64,000 bases of DNA. It comes from an uncultured Gemmatimonadales bacterium (GTDB lineage Bacteria; Gemmatimonadota; Gemmatimonadetes; Longimicrobiales; RSA9). The notes beneath the pieces are model-generated. The model worked only from the letters and a program-made list of their open reading frames with translations. It was not told where the DNA came from and searched no databases. Position numbers and translations under genes: made by a program. The stretch lies in NCBI GenBank assembly GCA_963741945.1, contig CAVUKA010000005.1:32001-96000 (forward strand), read 5' to 3'. Of this stretch, positions 1-8,266 are shown piece after piece; the stretch's first letter is position 1; every line of letters begins with the position of its first letter.

Positions 1-810
1 GGGCTTGATCCCGAGCCCCGGGTTGGGCACGTGGATCTCCACCCGGAACGTGCGGTCCCCACCTGCCACGGCCGAGCCCACGAAGTCGATGGTGCCGGCG
101 TACTCGCGCCCGTCCAGCGCGTCCACGGTGACCGTCACCTTCGTGCCGGGGGCGATCTCGGCGGCGAAGCGCTCGGGCACGCCGCCGGAGATCCTCACCG
201 TGTCCACGGCCAGGACCCGGGCGACCGGGGCACCGGGGGCGACGGTGCTCCCCACTTCCACCATCCGGTCGTCCAGGATCCCCGCGAACGGGGCGCGTAC
301 CACGGTGCGCTCCACGCGCTCGCTCAGCCCCTGCGCCTGCGCACGGGCCGTGCGGGCGTTGTACTTCGCCTGGAGATAGGCCATCTCGGTGCCGATGGAG
401 TCCCGCTCCCACAGCTGCCGCTGACGCGCCCACGTCTCCTCGGCCAGCGTCGCCTGGCTCTCCGCCTGGTCGAGCTGGGCCCGCAACACGTCATCATCGA
501 TGCGGATCAGCGGCGCGCCGGGCGCCACACGGGCCCCCTTCCGCGCCACCAGCGCCTCCACCGTGCCACCCTCCTGCGCCGTCACCACCACGTCGCGCTC
601 CGCTTCCACGGTGCCCACGATGCGTACGAAGCTCGTGAACGGACGCGGCTCCACCGTCACGGTCTCCACGTTCACCACGCGCACGGGCGCGTCTTCGCCC
701 GGACCATCGCCGCCATCCTGCCCCTGCGCGCCGCCCGCCGGCGCACACGCCATTGAGAGCGCCGCCACGCCAGCCGTCGCCAGAACCGCCAGTCCCGCGT
801 TCCGCTTCAT
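1..810 (-). CDS. RND efflux periplasmic adaptor (membrane fusion) lipoprotein, runs off window start
   Basis: Manual translation from ATG 810 (alternative 819): MKRNAGLAVLATAGVAALSMAC (lipobox-like), GTVEAERDVVVTAQEGGTV, VRAPFAGILD..VEVGSTVAPG. Follows the TolC gene. Confidence 0.9.
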   Translation of the reverse strand, partial: MKRNAGLAVLATAGVAALSMACAPAGGAQGQDGGDGPGEDAPVRVVNVETVTVEPRPFTSFVRIVGTVEAERDVVVTAQEGGTVEALVARKGARVAPGAPLIRIDDDVLRAQLDQAESQATLAEETWARQRQLWERDSIGTEMAYLQAKYNARTARAQAQGLSERVERTVVRAPFAGILDDRMVEVGSTVAPGAPVARVLAVDTVRISGGVPERFAAEIAPGTKVTVTVDALDGREYAGTIDFVGSAVAGGDRTFRVEIHVPNPGLGIKP

Positions 811-826
811 GATCTCCATCTCCGGT

Positions 827-2266
827 CTAGCCCCTCAGGGCGACGCCAGCCGCGTCGTCCACCAGCGGCACGTTCCCGACGGCCGCGTCCAGCCTGGCCT
901 GCGCGCTCAGGTAGTCGTAGACCGCCTGCGCGTAGTTGAACTCGCTCTGCCGCAGCGCCAGCTCCGCGTCCGTCACCTGGAGCTGGCTCCCCATTCCCGC
1001 CCTGTACTGCGTGCGCGCGATCTCGTAGCCGCGCTCCGCCTGGTCCACCGCCCGGCGCTGCGCCACCGCCCGGTCGTACGATTCACGCGCCTGGTCCAGC
1101 AGCGTCTCTACTTCGTTCGCCGCCTGGTCCCGCGCGTACGCCAGCTGCGCCTCCGCCTCGTTCACCTGCGCGCCCAGCCGGCTCACCCGGGCCGGCCGCT
1201 GGAAACCGCCGAACAGCGGCACGCTCACTTCCACCCCAACCGCCCTGGCCGAGAACCGGTTGTCCCCGAACCAGGTCGGGGTGCCGTTCCCCTGTCCCTG
1301 CGTGGTCCACGTCGCGAACAGCGAGACTTTCGGCAGGTAGTTGGAGAGCTCCACCTTCCGCTCCGTCTCCCGCAGCTCCCGCGTCAGCGCCAGCTGTCGC
1401 AGATCGCTGCGGTCCGCCGGCGCGTTCGACACCAGCTCCGCCGTGGGCGGCGCGGGCAGCTCCTGCGTCAGCAGCGATCCCGCCAGCTCCACTCCGTCCA
1501 GCGACGCCTCGCCCATCGTCACGGCCAGCGTCCGCCTGGCCGATGCCGCCGCGTTCTCCGACCGCGTCAGGTTCGGCCGCAGGTTGGACAGCTCCACTTC
1601 CAGCCGCAGGACATCGTACTCCGACGCCAGACCGGCCTCGTTCATTCGACGCGTCTCCTCCAGCACCTGCTCCACCCGCCTCACGCTGTTCTCCGTCAGC
1701 CGGTACTGCTCCTGCGCCAGCAGCACGCCGTAGAAGCTCAGCCGGGCCGTCGTGGCCACCTGCTGCGCCTGACCGCGCACCATTTCCTCCTGCAGCGCCG
1801 TGTACCGATTCGCCGCGCCCACCCCCAGCAGCACCGCCGGGTTGAAGAGCGGCTGCTCCGCCCGCGCCTGCGCATACCACGAGTTGTCCGACCCCGCCTG
1901 CACCGGCACCACGTCATCCGGCGACGCCGCACTGTCGAAGAAGATCGCCGGCAGGAAGAACTGCGGGACATCCAGGTTGCGCGTGAAGCTCGCGCTGAAA
2001 TTCAGCGACGGGAGCATGCTCCCCCACGCCTCCCGCAGCTGCGCGCGCGCCCCCTGCAGCGTCCAGCGCGCCCCGTCCAGCGTCTCGTTCTGCGCCAGCG
2101 CAGCCGCCACCGCCTGCTCCAGCGTCAGCCTCCGAGCCTCACCGGATGGCGACGCGGCCGGCGCCGACCCGCTCGCCGGGGGAGGCGCCACGACCGGCGT
2201 CTGCGCGGCCGCGGGCGCCGTCAGCAGCGCCGCCGCGACCAGCCATGCGATCGCTCGATCTCTCAT
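827..2266 (-). CDS. TolC-family outer membrane efflux protein
   Basis: Signal peptide MRDRAIAWLVAAALL..AAA-Q, LTLEQAVAAALAQN, two OEP repeats (YLPKVSL, YRAGMGSQLQV). ATG 2266 overlaps the TetR stop (ATGA). Confidence 0.92.
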   Translation of the reverse strand: MRDRAIAWLVAAALLTAPAAAQTPVVAPPPASGSAPAASPSGEARRLTLEQAVAAALAQNETLDGARWTLQGARAQLREAWGSMLPSLNFSASFTRNLDVPQFFLPAIFFDSAASPDDVVPVQAGSDNSWYAQARAEQPLFNPAVLLGVGAANRYTALQEEMVRGQAQQVATTARLSFYGVLLAQEQYRLTENSVRRVEQVLEETRRMNEAGLASEYDVLRLEVELSNLRPNLTRSENAAASARRTLAVTMGEASLDGVELAGSLLTQELPAPPTAELVSNAPADRSDLRQLALTRELRETERKVELSNYLPKVSLFATWTTQGQGNGTPTWFGDNRFSARAVGVEVSVPLFGGFQRPARVSRLGAQVNEAEAQLAYARDQAANEVETLLDQARESYDRAVAQRRAVDQAERGYEIARTQYRAGMGSQLQVTDAELALRQSEFNYAQAVYDYLSAQARLDAAVGNVPLVDDAAGVALRG

Positions 2267-2931
2267 CCCTCTCTGCCTCCCTCCGCCGACTCCGGGCGAG
2301 GACGCCACCCCAGCCGGAGCGCTTCGATCGCGTTCTCCACCAGCTCCATGAACTCACCGTGATTCCGCGCCTGCGAGCCCAGGTGACCGCTCACGTACAG
2401 CGACGTCAGACCGTGGATCAGGCCCCACCCAACCACCGCCGCGCCCTCCGCGTCCTTCACGCTCACCTGCCCCGCCGCCGCCGCTTCCCGAACCAGCGAC
2501 ACCACCACTTCCTTCGACCCCTCGTGCATCGCCGTCAGGTCCGCCGCCACGGACGGGCACGAGTCCAGCGCCGGCACCCGCGGCATCTGGAACATCGCCC
2601 GGAAATAGCCCGTGTTCTCCACCGCGAACCGCGCGTACGCACGGCCCGTCGAAGCGTATCGCTCGATCGCCGTCGCCGCCGCCGGCATGCCGCCCAGCTC
2701 GCGCTCCATCACCTCCCCAAGACGACGAAATCCCTCCGTCATCACCGTCCGCAGCAGCTCATCCTTGTCCCGGAAGTGCAGGTAGATCGTCCCGGGCGAG
2801 TGCCCGATGCGCGCGGCCAGCGCCCGCATCGACAGCGCGTCCAGCCCCTCCTCCCCCACGATGTCGCGGGCCGCTTCCACGATCTTCCGGGTCAGGTCAG
2901 CGCGTTCGGCATCCTTTTCCGTCGGGCTCAT
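2263..2931 (-). CDS. TetR/AcrR family regulator with WHG-type C-terminal domain
   Basis: HTH ALSMRALAARIGHSPGTIYLHFRDKDELL, C-terminal WGLIHG. Confidence 0.93.
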   Translation of the reverse strand: MSPTEKDAERADLTRKIVEAARDIVGEEGLDALSMRALAARIGHSPGTIYLHFRDKDELLRTVMTEGFRRLGEVMERELGGMPAAATAIERYASTGRAYARFAVENTGYFRAMFQMPRVPALDSCPSVAADLTAMHEGSKEVVVSLVREAAAAGQVSVKDAEGAAVVGWGLIHGLTSLYVSGHLGSQARNHGEFMELVENAIEALRLGWRPRPESAEGGREG

Positions 2932-2974
2932 TCGTATCGTGTTCCGGTGCAAGGCAGCGGGGCGGGCCCCCGGT

Positions 2975-3025
2975 CTGAACGGTGTTCAGGCGCGGCAGTC
3001 TAAACGGTGTTCAGAACGCAGTCAA
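2975..3025 (-). promoter_or_regulatory. sigma70 promoter with two TetR operator palindromes
   Basis: Minus strand TTGACT(3025-3020)-17 nt-TAGACT(3002-2997). Sites CTGAACGGTGTTCAG (2975-2989) and CTAAACGGTGTTCAG (3000-3014). Confidence 0.8.
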
Positions 3026-3083
3026 GGGAGTCCTACGGCCGGGGGAGGACGCGGGTTTCAGCGGCGCGGGGCGGAGGAGGGTG

Positions 3084-4367
3084 CTAGACGGGCAGGTCGG
3101 CGCTCAGCACGTCGTTGCCGGTGTCGGTGACCAGGACGTCGTCCTCGATGCGGACGCCGATGCCCCGGAAGTGGGCGGGGGCGTCGGGATCGTGGGCGGG
3201 CACGTAGAGGCCGGGCTCCACGGTGAGCACCATCCCCGGCTGGAGGGGGCGGGGCTGGCCATGGAGGGAGTAGGTACCGACGTCGTGGACATCGAGGCCG
3301 AGCCAGTGGCTGGTCCGGTGGGGGTAGTAGCGTTTGACGGCGAGGTCGTCCTGCACCAGGTCATCGACGTCCCCGTGGAGGAGTCCGAAGTCCACCATGC
3401 CCTGGACCAGGACGCGCAGTGCGGCCTGGTGGACGTGGAGGACGGAGCCTCCGGTCCGGACCGCCTCGATGCCCGCGCGGTTGGCGGCGAGGACGACGTC
3501 GTAGACATCGCGCTGCGGGGCGGAGAACGTGCCGCCCACGGGCCAGGTGCGGGTGAGGTCGCCGTTGTAGATGCGGTGGCGCGCGCCGGCGTCGAGGAGG
3601 AGGAGGTCCCCCGCCTCCATGCGTCGATCGTTGGCGGTGTAGTGGAGGACTGTGGCGTTGGGGCCGGAGGCGGCGATGGTGGCGAAGGCGACGCCATCCG
3701 CGCCAGCGCTCCGGAACGCGGCGTCCACGGCGGCTTCCACCTCCCACTCGCCCACGCCGGGCCCGGCGGCGCCGAACCCGGTCCGGAACGCGTCCATGGT
3801 GATGCGTACGGCATCGCGGATGGCGTCGATCTCGTGGGGCTCCTTCACGAGGCGCAGCTCGTCGAGGAGGAGCCCGGGGTCGACGAGCTCCGCGGGACCG
3901 GCGCCCTTGCGCTGCCGTCCCGCTCGGCCTGCGCGGAGGGTGTCGAGCACGAGCCGCTCCACGTCAGCGCGTCCGGAGCCCAGGCGGAAGTAGAGGCGAT
4001 CACGGTCCTGGAGCATCTTCGGCAGGCGCTCGGCCAGCTCCGCGATGGGGTGGGCCGCATCGGCGCCGAATCGCTCCGTGGCCGCGTCCACGCCGCCGCG
4101 GGGTCCCGTCCAGACTTCCCGCTCGGGGTCGCGCGGGCGCACGAAGAGCGTGAACGGGGCATCGCCGCCGGGGAGGAGCACGGCCACGGCCTCGGGCTCC
4201 GTGTAGCCGGTGAGGTACCAGAGGTCGGGATCGACTACGTAGCGCAGCTCGAGGTCGCGGCCCACCATCGCCGCCGGGGCGGCGACGAGGATCATGGCGG
4301 CGTGCTCGCCGACGGTGTCCAGGACATGGTTCCGGCGGCGCTCGAAGTCGGGGATGGCTCTGGTCAT
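3084..4367 (-). CDS. pepP: Xaa-Pro aminopeptidase (M24B)
   Basis: AMP_N domain (DLWYLTG, EVWTGPR), metal motifs LLDAG..YNGDLTRT, HRTSHWLGLDVHD, TVEPGLY, GVRIEDD. Confidence 0.93.
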   Translation of the reverse strand: MTRAIPDFERRRNHVLDTVGEHAAMILVAAPAAMVGRDLELRYVVDPDLWYLTGYTEPEAVAVLLPGGDAPFTLFVRPRDPEREVWTGPRGGVDAATERFGADAAHPIAELAERLPKMLQDRDRLYFRLGSGRADVERLVLDTLRAGRAGRQRKGAGPAELVDPGLLLDELRLVKEPHEIDAIRDAVRITMDAFRTGFGAAGPGVGEWEVEAAVDAAFRSAGADGVAFATIAASGPNATVLHYTANDRRMEAGDLLLLDAGARHRIYNGDLTRTWPVGGTFSAPQRDVYDVVLAANRAGIEAVRTGGSVLHVHQAALRVLVQGMVDFGLLHGDVDDLVQDDLAVKRYYPHRTSHWLGLDVHDVGTYSLHGQPRPLQPGMVLTVEPGLYVPAHDPDAPAHFRGIGVRIEDDVLVTDTGNDVLSADLPV

Positions 4368-4418
4368 GGCGCAAAGCTAGGGTCGGGCGGTGGCGGTCAC
4401 AACGGGCGATGCGGCGCG

Positions 4419-4538
4419 CTACCCCTTCAGCACGCCCATGGGCCGGAGCCGGGCGACCTTTTTCCCGATTCCGGCCCGGTCCACCACGCTCACCACGTCC
4501 GTGGCCGTGTGGTCGATGAAGCGGATGCCGGCAGTCAT
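4419..4538 (-). pseudogene. rtcB: Archease N-terminus / RtcB C-terminus chimeric remnant (39 aa)
   Basis: MTAGIRFIDHTA (archease-like DHTA[D] start) fused in frame to TDVVSVVDRAGIGKKVARLRPMGVLKG* (RtcB-like C-terminal tail). Confidence 0.8.
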
Positions 4539-4542
4539 CCAG

Positions 4543-4770
4543 CTACCAGGGCTCGGGCTCGTCCCAGCTCTCGTCCCAGAACCGCTCCTCCTCTTCCGCG
4601 GCTTCCTGCAGATCGAGCGACTCGTCGGCCTCCACGCGACCCGTGTTCTCGATCCGCCGGATCGTGTCATCCGTGACCCGGGCGTCTCCTCGCAGGCGCG
4701 CCAGACGACGACGGCCGACCCACCACGCGCCGACCACCAGGGCGGCGCCCGCCGCGAACAGCCACGTCAT
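4543..4770 (-). CDS. Small single-pass membrane protein with acidic Trp-rich tail (75 aa)
   Basis: N-terminal hydrophobic helix, then RRR, C-terminal EEEERFWDESWDEPEPW. TGATG coupling to the upstream dksA-like gene. Confidence 0.75.
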   Translation of the reverse strand: MTWLFAAGAALVVGAWWVGRRRLARLRGDARVTDDTIRRIENTGRVEADESLDLQEAAEEEERFWDESWDEPEPW

Positions 4771-5165
4771 CAGGCCGCCGACTCCTCCCCGCCCTCCTCC
4801 TCAGCGCGGCGCTTGCACGCGATACACAGCCGGGCCCACGGCACGATCTCGAGCCGCTCCATCGCGATCTCGCCGCCGCACGCCTGGCAGGTACCGAACG
4901 CTTCGGGGTCCTTGTAGAGGCGCCGCAGCGCCTCGTCGATGGCCATGAGCTGCCGACCTTCCTGGCTCGCCAGGAGAAACTCCTTCTCCTGGTCCATGGT
5001 GTCGGTGCCCTCGTCGGCCATGTGCAGCGGGTAGTGGCTGAGGTCGCTGTCGCCCGTCTCCAGCCCCTCCTTGATCCGCTCGTCCATCTCGGCCAGCAGC
5101 TCCAGCCGGTCCTGGCGCTCCTCCAGCAGCCGCTCCCGGATCTTCTCGCGCTCTTTCTTGTTCAT
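4770..5165 (-). CDS. DksA/TraR C4 zinc-finger protein (HMAD-type coiled-coil tip)
   Basis: RBS GAGGAG, coiled coil, HMADEGTD, IDEALRRL..FGTCQAC..IAMERLEIVPWARLCIAC. The 659-aa ORF call is a spurious upstream extension. Confidence 0.92.
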   Translation of the reverse strand: MNKKEREKIRERLLEERQDRLELLAEMDERIKEGLETGDSDLSHYPLHMADEGTDTMDQEKEFLLASQEGRQLMAIDEALRRLYKDPEAFGTCQACGGEIAMERLEIVPWARLCIACKRRAEEEGGEESAA

Positions 5166-5198
5166 GCTCTCCTCGGTGTCGGGTCGCTGTTCCGAGGG

Positions 5199-5213
5199 GC
5201 AAACTACGTTCCG
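5199..5213 (-). promoter_or_regulatory. Putative sigma54 -24/-12 promoter of the dksA-like operon
   Basis: Minus strand CGGAACGTAGTTTGC (GG-N10-GC, TTGC), about 35 nt upstream of ATG 5165. Confidence 0.55.
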
Positions 5214-6535
5214 CCCCCACCGCCGGTGTCCGGCGGGACCGGCCGCACCGGGCGCCCCACGGGCGGCGCCGGGGCCGTCGTGTCCGCGGGCGCGGCCGTG
5301 TCCCGGCGAGCCGGCGTGGTGTCCCGGACGGGCGGACTGGTGTCCGGCGCGCCGCCGGGCACCGGCCGCCGGGCGGGCGGAATCCTGTCCCGTGCGGGCG
5401 GAGCGGTGTCGGGCCGGGGTGCCGTGGTGTCCCGGGCGGGCGGGGCGGTGTCCGGCGCGGCGGCCGGCCTCCCGATCGGACCGGAGGGGAGGGTATCGGG
5501 CGGCACCGTGTCGGCGCCCACCGTGTCGGCGCCCACCGTGTCGGCGGCCGGAGTGCGCGACGGCAGCGGCACGAGGAAGTCGGGGACGGGGAGACGGGTG
5601 CGCCGTGTGGTATCGAATCGGCCATCGCCGTTCGGGTCCCAGCTCTCGCGCTCGATCACGCCGTCGCCATCGAGGTCGAACAGTCGCTTGCGGACGCGGC
5701 CCCCGTAGTCGAGGGTGTAGAACCGGCCTCCGTTCTCCGTCTCCCAGACGCTGCTCAGCAGCGTCATCGCGTCCCCGGGGGCGCCGCAGCGCGCGCGTCG
5801 GCTGCCGACGTACATGAGCGCGCCGAGCGCCGGGTGGGCCGCCGGCCCCGTCTCCACCGGGTACGACGGCGGCTCGGGGGCTCGCGGCGGGTGCAGCGCG
5901 GCGCTGTCGAGCCGGAGCCTGAGCAGCCCGGTGCGCCTCGTCCGGAGGCTCCCACCGGTGAACGAATAGAAGATCATCACGTTCGTCAGCGCATCCATGG
6001 GCGGCGGTGGCGCGGGGACGAACGCGGGTACCGAATCGGTCACGGCCACGCAGTAGTAGCGGGGCAGGAGAACTTCGAGCCAGAGCGTGTCGGGGATCAT
6101 GGCCGGAAGTCGGTGCGGCTCGACGGCGCCGACGCGGGGATCGATCCGGTACGTGATCAGGGGTGAGCCGGCTTCGGTGCCCCCCGTCAACTCGCGACCA
6201 TCGGAGCTGGCGAGCCGGTATTGGAGCGGGAGCGTGAGGTCGAGGCGACCGGGACTCACGTTCTCGTCCCCGCCGTTGCGGACCGCGAGGATGAGCGGGA
6301 AGCGGGCGCCCACGTCTTGGTCCGCGTGGCTGGTGTCCGCCCACGCGGCGGGGATGTCGATGGAGTCGCTGAACTCCCCGGCCGGGGCGAGCGCCAGAAG
6401 ATCCAGCGGCGGTGCCACCCGTCCCCACTCGAGAGTGCGCAGCCCCACAACGGCGGCCACCACCACGCCCAGACCGATGATCCAGCGCGCGTCGAACTGC
6501 GGCAGGAACCGGTGGACGTAGTGACCGGTGGCCAT
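5204..6535 (-). CDS. Membrane-anchored hypothetical protein with DxDGDG motifs and Pro/Asp/Thr repeat tail
   Basis: N-terminal TM (WIIGLGVVVAAVVGL), DLDGDG/DPNGDG, repeated DT-x-PP. Start coupled to the thrC stop (TGATG). Confidence 0.75.
   Translation of the reverse strand: MATGHYVHRFLPQFDARWIIGLGVVVAAVVGLRTLEWGRVAPPLDLLALAPAGEFSDSIDIPAAWADTSHADQDVGARFPLILAVRNGGDENVSPGRLDLTLPLQYRLASSDGRELTGGTEAGSPLITYRIDPRVGAVEPHRLPAMIPDTLWLEVLLPRYYCVAVTDSVPAFVPAPPPPMDALTNVMIFYSFTGGSLRTRRTGLLRLRLDSAALHPPRAPEPPSYPVETGPAAHPALGALMYVGSRRARCGAPGDAMTLLSSVWETENGGRFYTLDYGGRVRKRLFDLDGDGVIERESWDPNGDGRFDTTRRTRLPVPDFLVPLPSRTPAADTVGADTVGADTVPPDTLPSGPIGRPAAAPDTAPPARDTTAPRPDTAPPARDRIPPARRPVPGGAPDTSPPVRDTTPARRDTAAPADTTAPAPPVGRPVRPVPPDTGGGGGT
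5504..5546. repeat. 15-bp tandem repeat (CACCGTGTCGGCGCC) about x3, encoding ADTVG
   Basis: caccgtgtcggcgcc caccgtgtcggcgcc caccgtgtcggcg read directly in the sequence. Confidence 0.85.
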
Positions 6536-7713
6536 CAGGTGTACTTGAGTCCGCTACCCGTGATGAAGAGGACCACTTCCTCGCCCCGATGCATGAGGCC
6601 CCGCTGCATGAGGTGGGGAATCGCCGCCGCGGTGGCGCCGCCCTCCGGGGCCGCGAATACGCCCGTGGTGCGGCCGATGAGCCGGACCATGTCGAGCATT
6701 TCGTGGTCCGTGACGGCCACTGCCGCGCCGCCGGAGCTGCGCACGGCATCGAGGATCAGGAAATCGCCGATGGCGCTGGGCACCTTCAGGCCGTTCGCGC
6801 ACGTCTCCGCGTTCTCCCACGGCCGCGCGCTCTCGGCCCCCTCCTCCCACGCCCGCACGATGGGCGCGCAGCCGGCGCCCTGGACGGAGATCATGCGCGG
6901 GCGCTCGGAGCCGATCCACCCCAGCTCCTCCATCTCGTCGAAAGCCTTCCACATCCCCACGAGCCCCGTCCCGCCGCCCGTGGGATAGATGATCACGTCC
7001 GGAATGCGCCCGAGCTGCTCCACCAGCTCGTAGCCCATGGTCTTCTTCCCCTCCAGCCTGTACGGCTCCTTGAGCGTGGAGAGGTCGAACCAGCCGTGGC
7101 GCTCCACACCCTCGGAGATCACACGCGCGGCATCGGTGATCAGCCCCTCCACCAGCTCCAGGTCCGCTCCCAGCGCACGGATCTCCTGGAGGATCGGCCT
7201 CGGCGTGTCCATCGGCACGGCCACGTGCGCGGGCAGTCCGGCGGCCGCAGCGTACGCCGCGGCGGCAGAGCCGGCGTTCCCGGCCGAAGGAATGGCCACG
7301 GCCTCCACGCCCAGCTCCTTGGCCCGGGCCACCGCCATGGCCAGCCCGCGCGCCTTGAAGCTGCCCGTCGGGTTCTGCCCTTCGTCCTTGAGCCACAGCC
7401 GGTCGATGCCGAGCGCGTCCGCCACACGCGGCGCGTCCAGCAGTGGTGTGAAGCCCTCACCCAGGGTGAGCCGGAACTCGGGGTCCCGGACCGGAAGCAC
7501 TTCCGCGTAGCGCCACATGTTCGGCTCGCGGCCGATCAGCGCGGCGGGCGTCAGCCGGCCGCGCAGCGGAGCGAGGTCGTATCGGGCGAGCAACGGCTTC
7601 TGGCAGCACGGTGATGTGCGCCAGGGGTCCTCCGTGTCCGCGTACACGGCGCCGCAGTGGCCACATTCGAGGTAGGCCACGCCCGATGGACCGACAAGTG
7701 TCATGGTATCCAT
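6535..7713 (-). CDS. thrC: Threonine synthase
   Basis: NPTGSFKARG (PLP lysine), SAGNAG, EGKKTMGYE, PTGGG, TGSGLKY, N-terminal CxxC. Confidence 0.9.
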   Translation of the reverse strand: MDTMTLVGPSGVAYLECGHCGAVYADTEDPWRTSPCCQKPLLARYDLAPLRGRLTPAALIGREPNMWRYAEVLPVRDPEFRLTLGEGFTPLLDAPRVADALGIDRLWLKDEGQNPTGSFKARGLAMAVARAKELGVEAVAIPSAGNAGSAAAAYAAAAGLPAHVAVPMDTPRPILQEIRALGADLELVEGLITDAARVISEGVERHGWFDLSTLKEPYRLEGKKTMGYELVEQLGRIPDVIIYPTGGGTGLVGMWKAFDEMEELGWIGSERPRMISVQGAGCAPIVRAWEEGAESARPWENAETCANGLKVPSAIGDFLILDAVRSSGGAAVAVTDHEMLDMVRLIGRTTGVFAAPEGGATAAAIPHLMQRGLMHRGEEVVLFITGSGLKYT

Positions 7714-7756
7714 GGGCCGTCAATGTAGCGGGCGGACGGCATCGTGCCAGGGAGCG

Positions 7757-8044
7757 TCAGTCGGTGTCGCTCGCGGGCTTGCCGGGCCTCCCGTAGTGGT
7801 CGCCCGAGATGGGCCGCGCCCGGACGTACGCCCGGTGGAGCTCATCGCCGTCCATCTGCTCCAGCGAGCCCGCGCCGATCGCCAGGCGACGCGCTTTCCG
7901 CGTGCCATCCAGGCACACGAACTCCAGGATCTCTTCATCCCCTTCCAGCCCCGGATCCGTCTGCCGCGGTCCCGGCACCGTGCGGGCTTCCCACTCGACC
8001 CCGTCCTCCTCGATCCGGCGCCACTTCCATTCCTGGTGTGCCAT
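7757..8044 (-). CDS. Hypothetical protein (95 aa)
   Basis: MAHQEWKWRRIEEDGVEWEA..LEFVC..RRL..LHRAY. Protein-like composition, fills the gap, sigma54-like promoter upstream. Confidence 0.7.
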   Translation of the reverse strand: MAHQEWKWRRIEEDGVEWEARTVPGPRQTDPGLEGDEEILEFVCLDGTRKARRLAIGAGSLEQMDGDELHRAYVRARPISGDHYGRPGKPASDTD

Positions 8045-8098
8045 GCTGCTGCAACTTCCCGTTGTGTGGTATGGTACTGGTTCCGGGAGACGATGAAG

Positions 8099-8114
8099 GG
8101 CAAGGGCGGTGCCA
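8099..8114 (-). promoter_or_regulatory. sigma54 promoter
   Basis: Minus strand TGGCACCGCCCTTGCC, near the TGGCAC-N5-TTGC consensus, 55 nt upstream of ATG 8044. Confidence 0.7.
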
Positions 8115-8266
8115 CGGGGGCGGTCTCGACGCGGGACCGGCGCACGCAGTGCCCGGAGATGCGGCCCGGCTCCCGCCCGGCACGACCGGCCTCCTCCCCG
8201 GGCAACCCTTTCACCGTCCGGCCGCATCACAGGGATGGAGCGGCACTCGACACGCAACCGGCCGCG

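Noticed and set aside
500-4676. Long plus-strand ORFs 500-2362 and 2982-4676 (also 21961-23976, 32139-34802, 50215-52314, 56096-58711 and similar)
   Set aside because: Antisense shadows of well-supported genes. They are Arg/Pro/His-rich with no motifs, as expected at high GC.
5280-5546. CRISPR-like array
   Set aside because: The repeats are in-frame coding repeats without unique spacers, and no cas genes are present.
5166-6749. Upstream extension of the dksA-like ORF (659 aa)
   Set aside because: Off-frame overlap with the 5204-6535 gene. The RBS and domain start point to ATG 5165.
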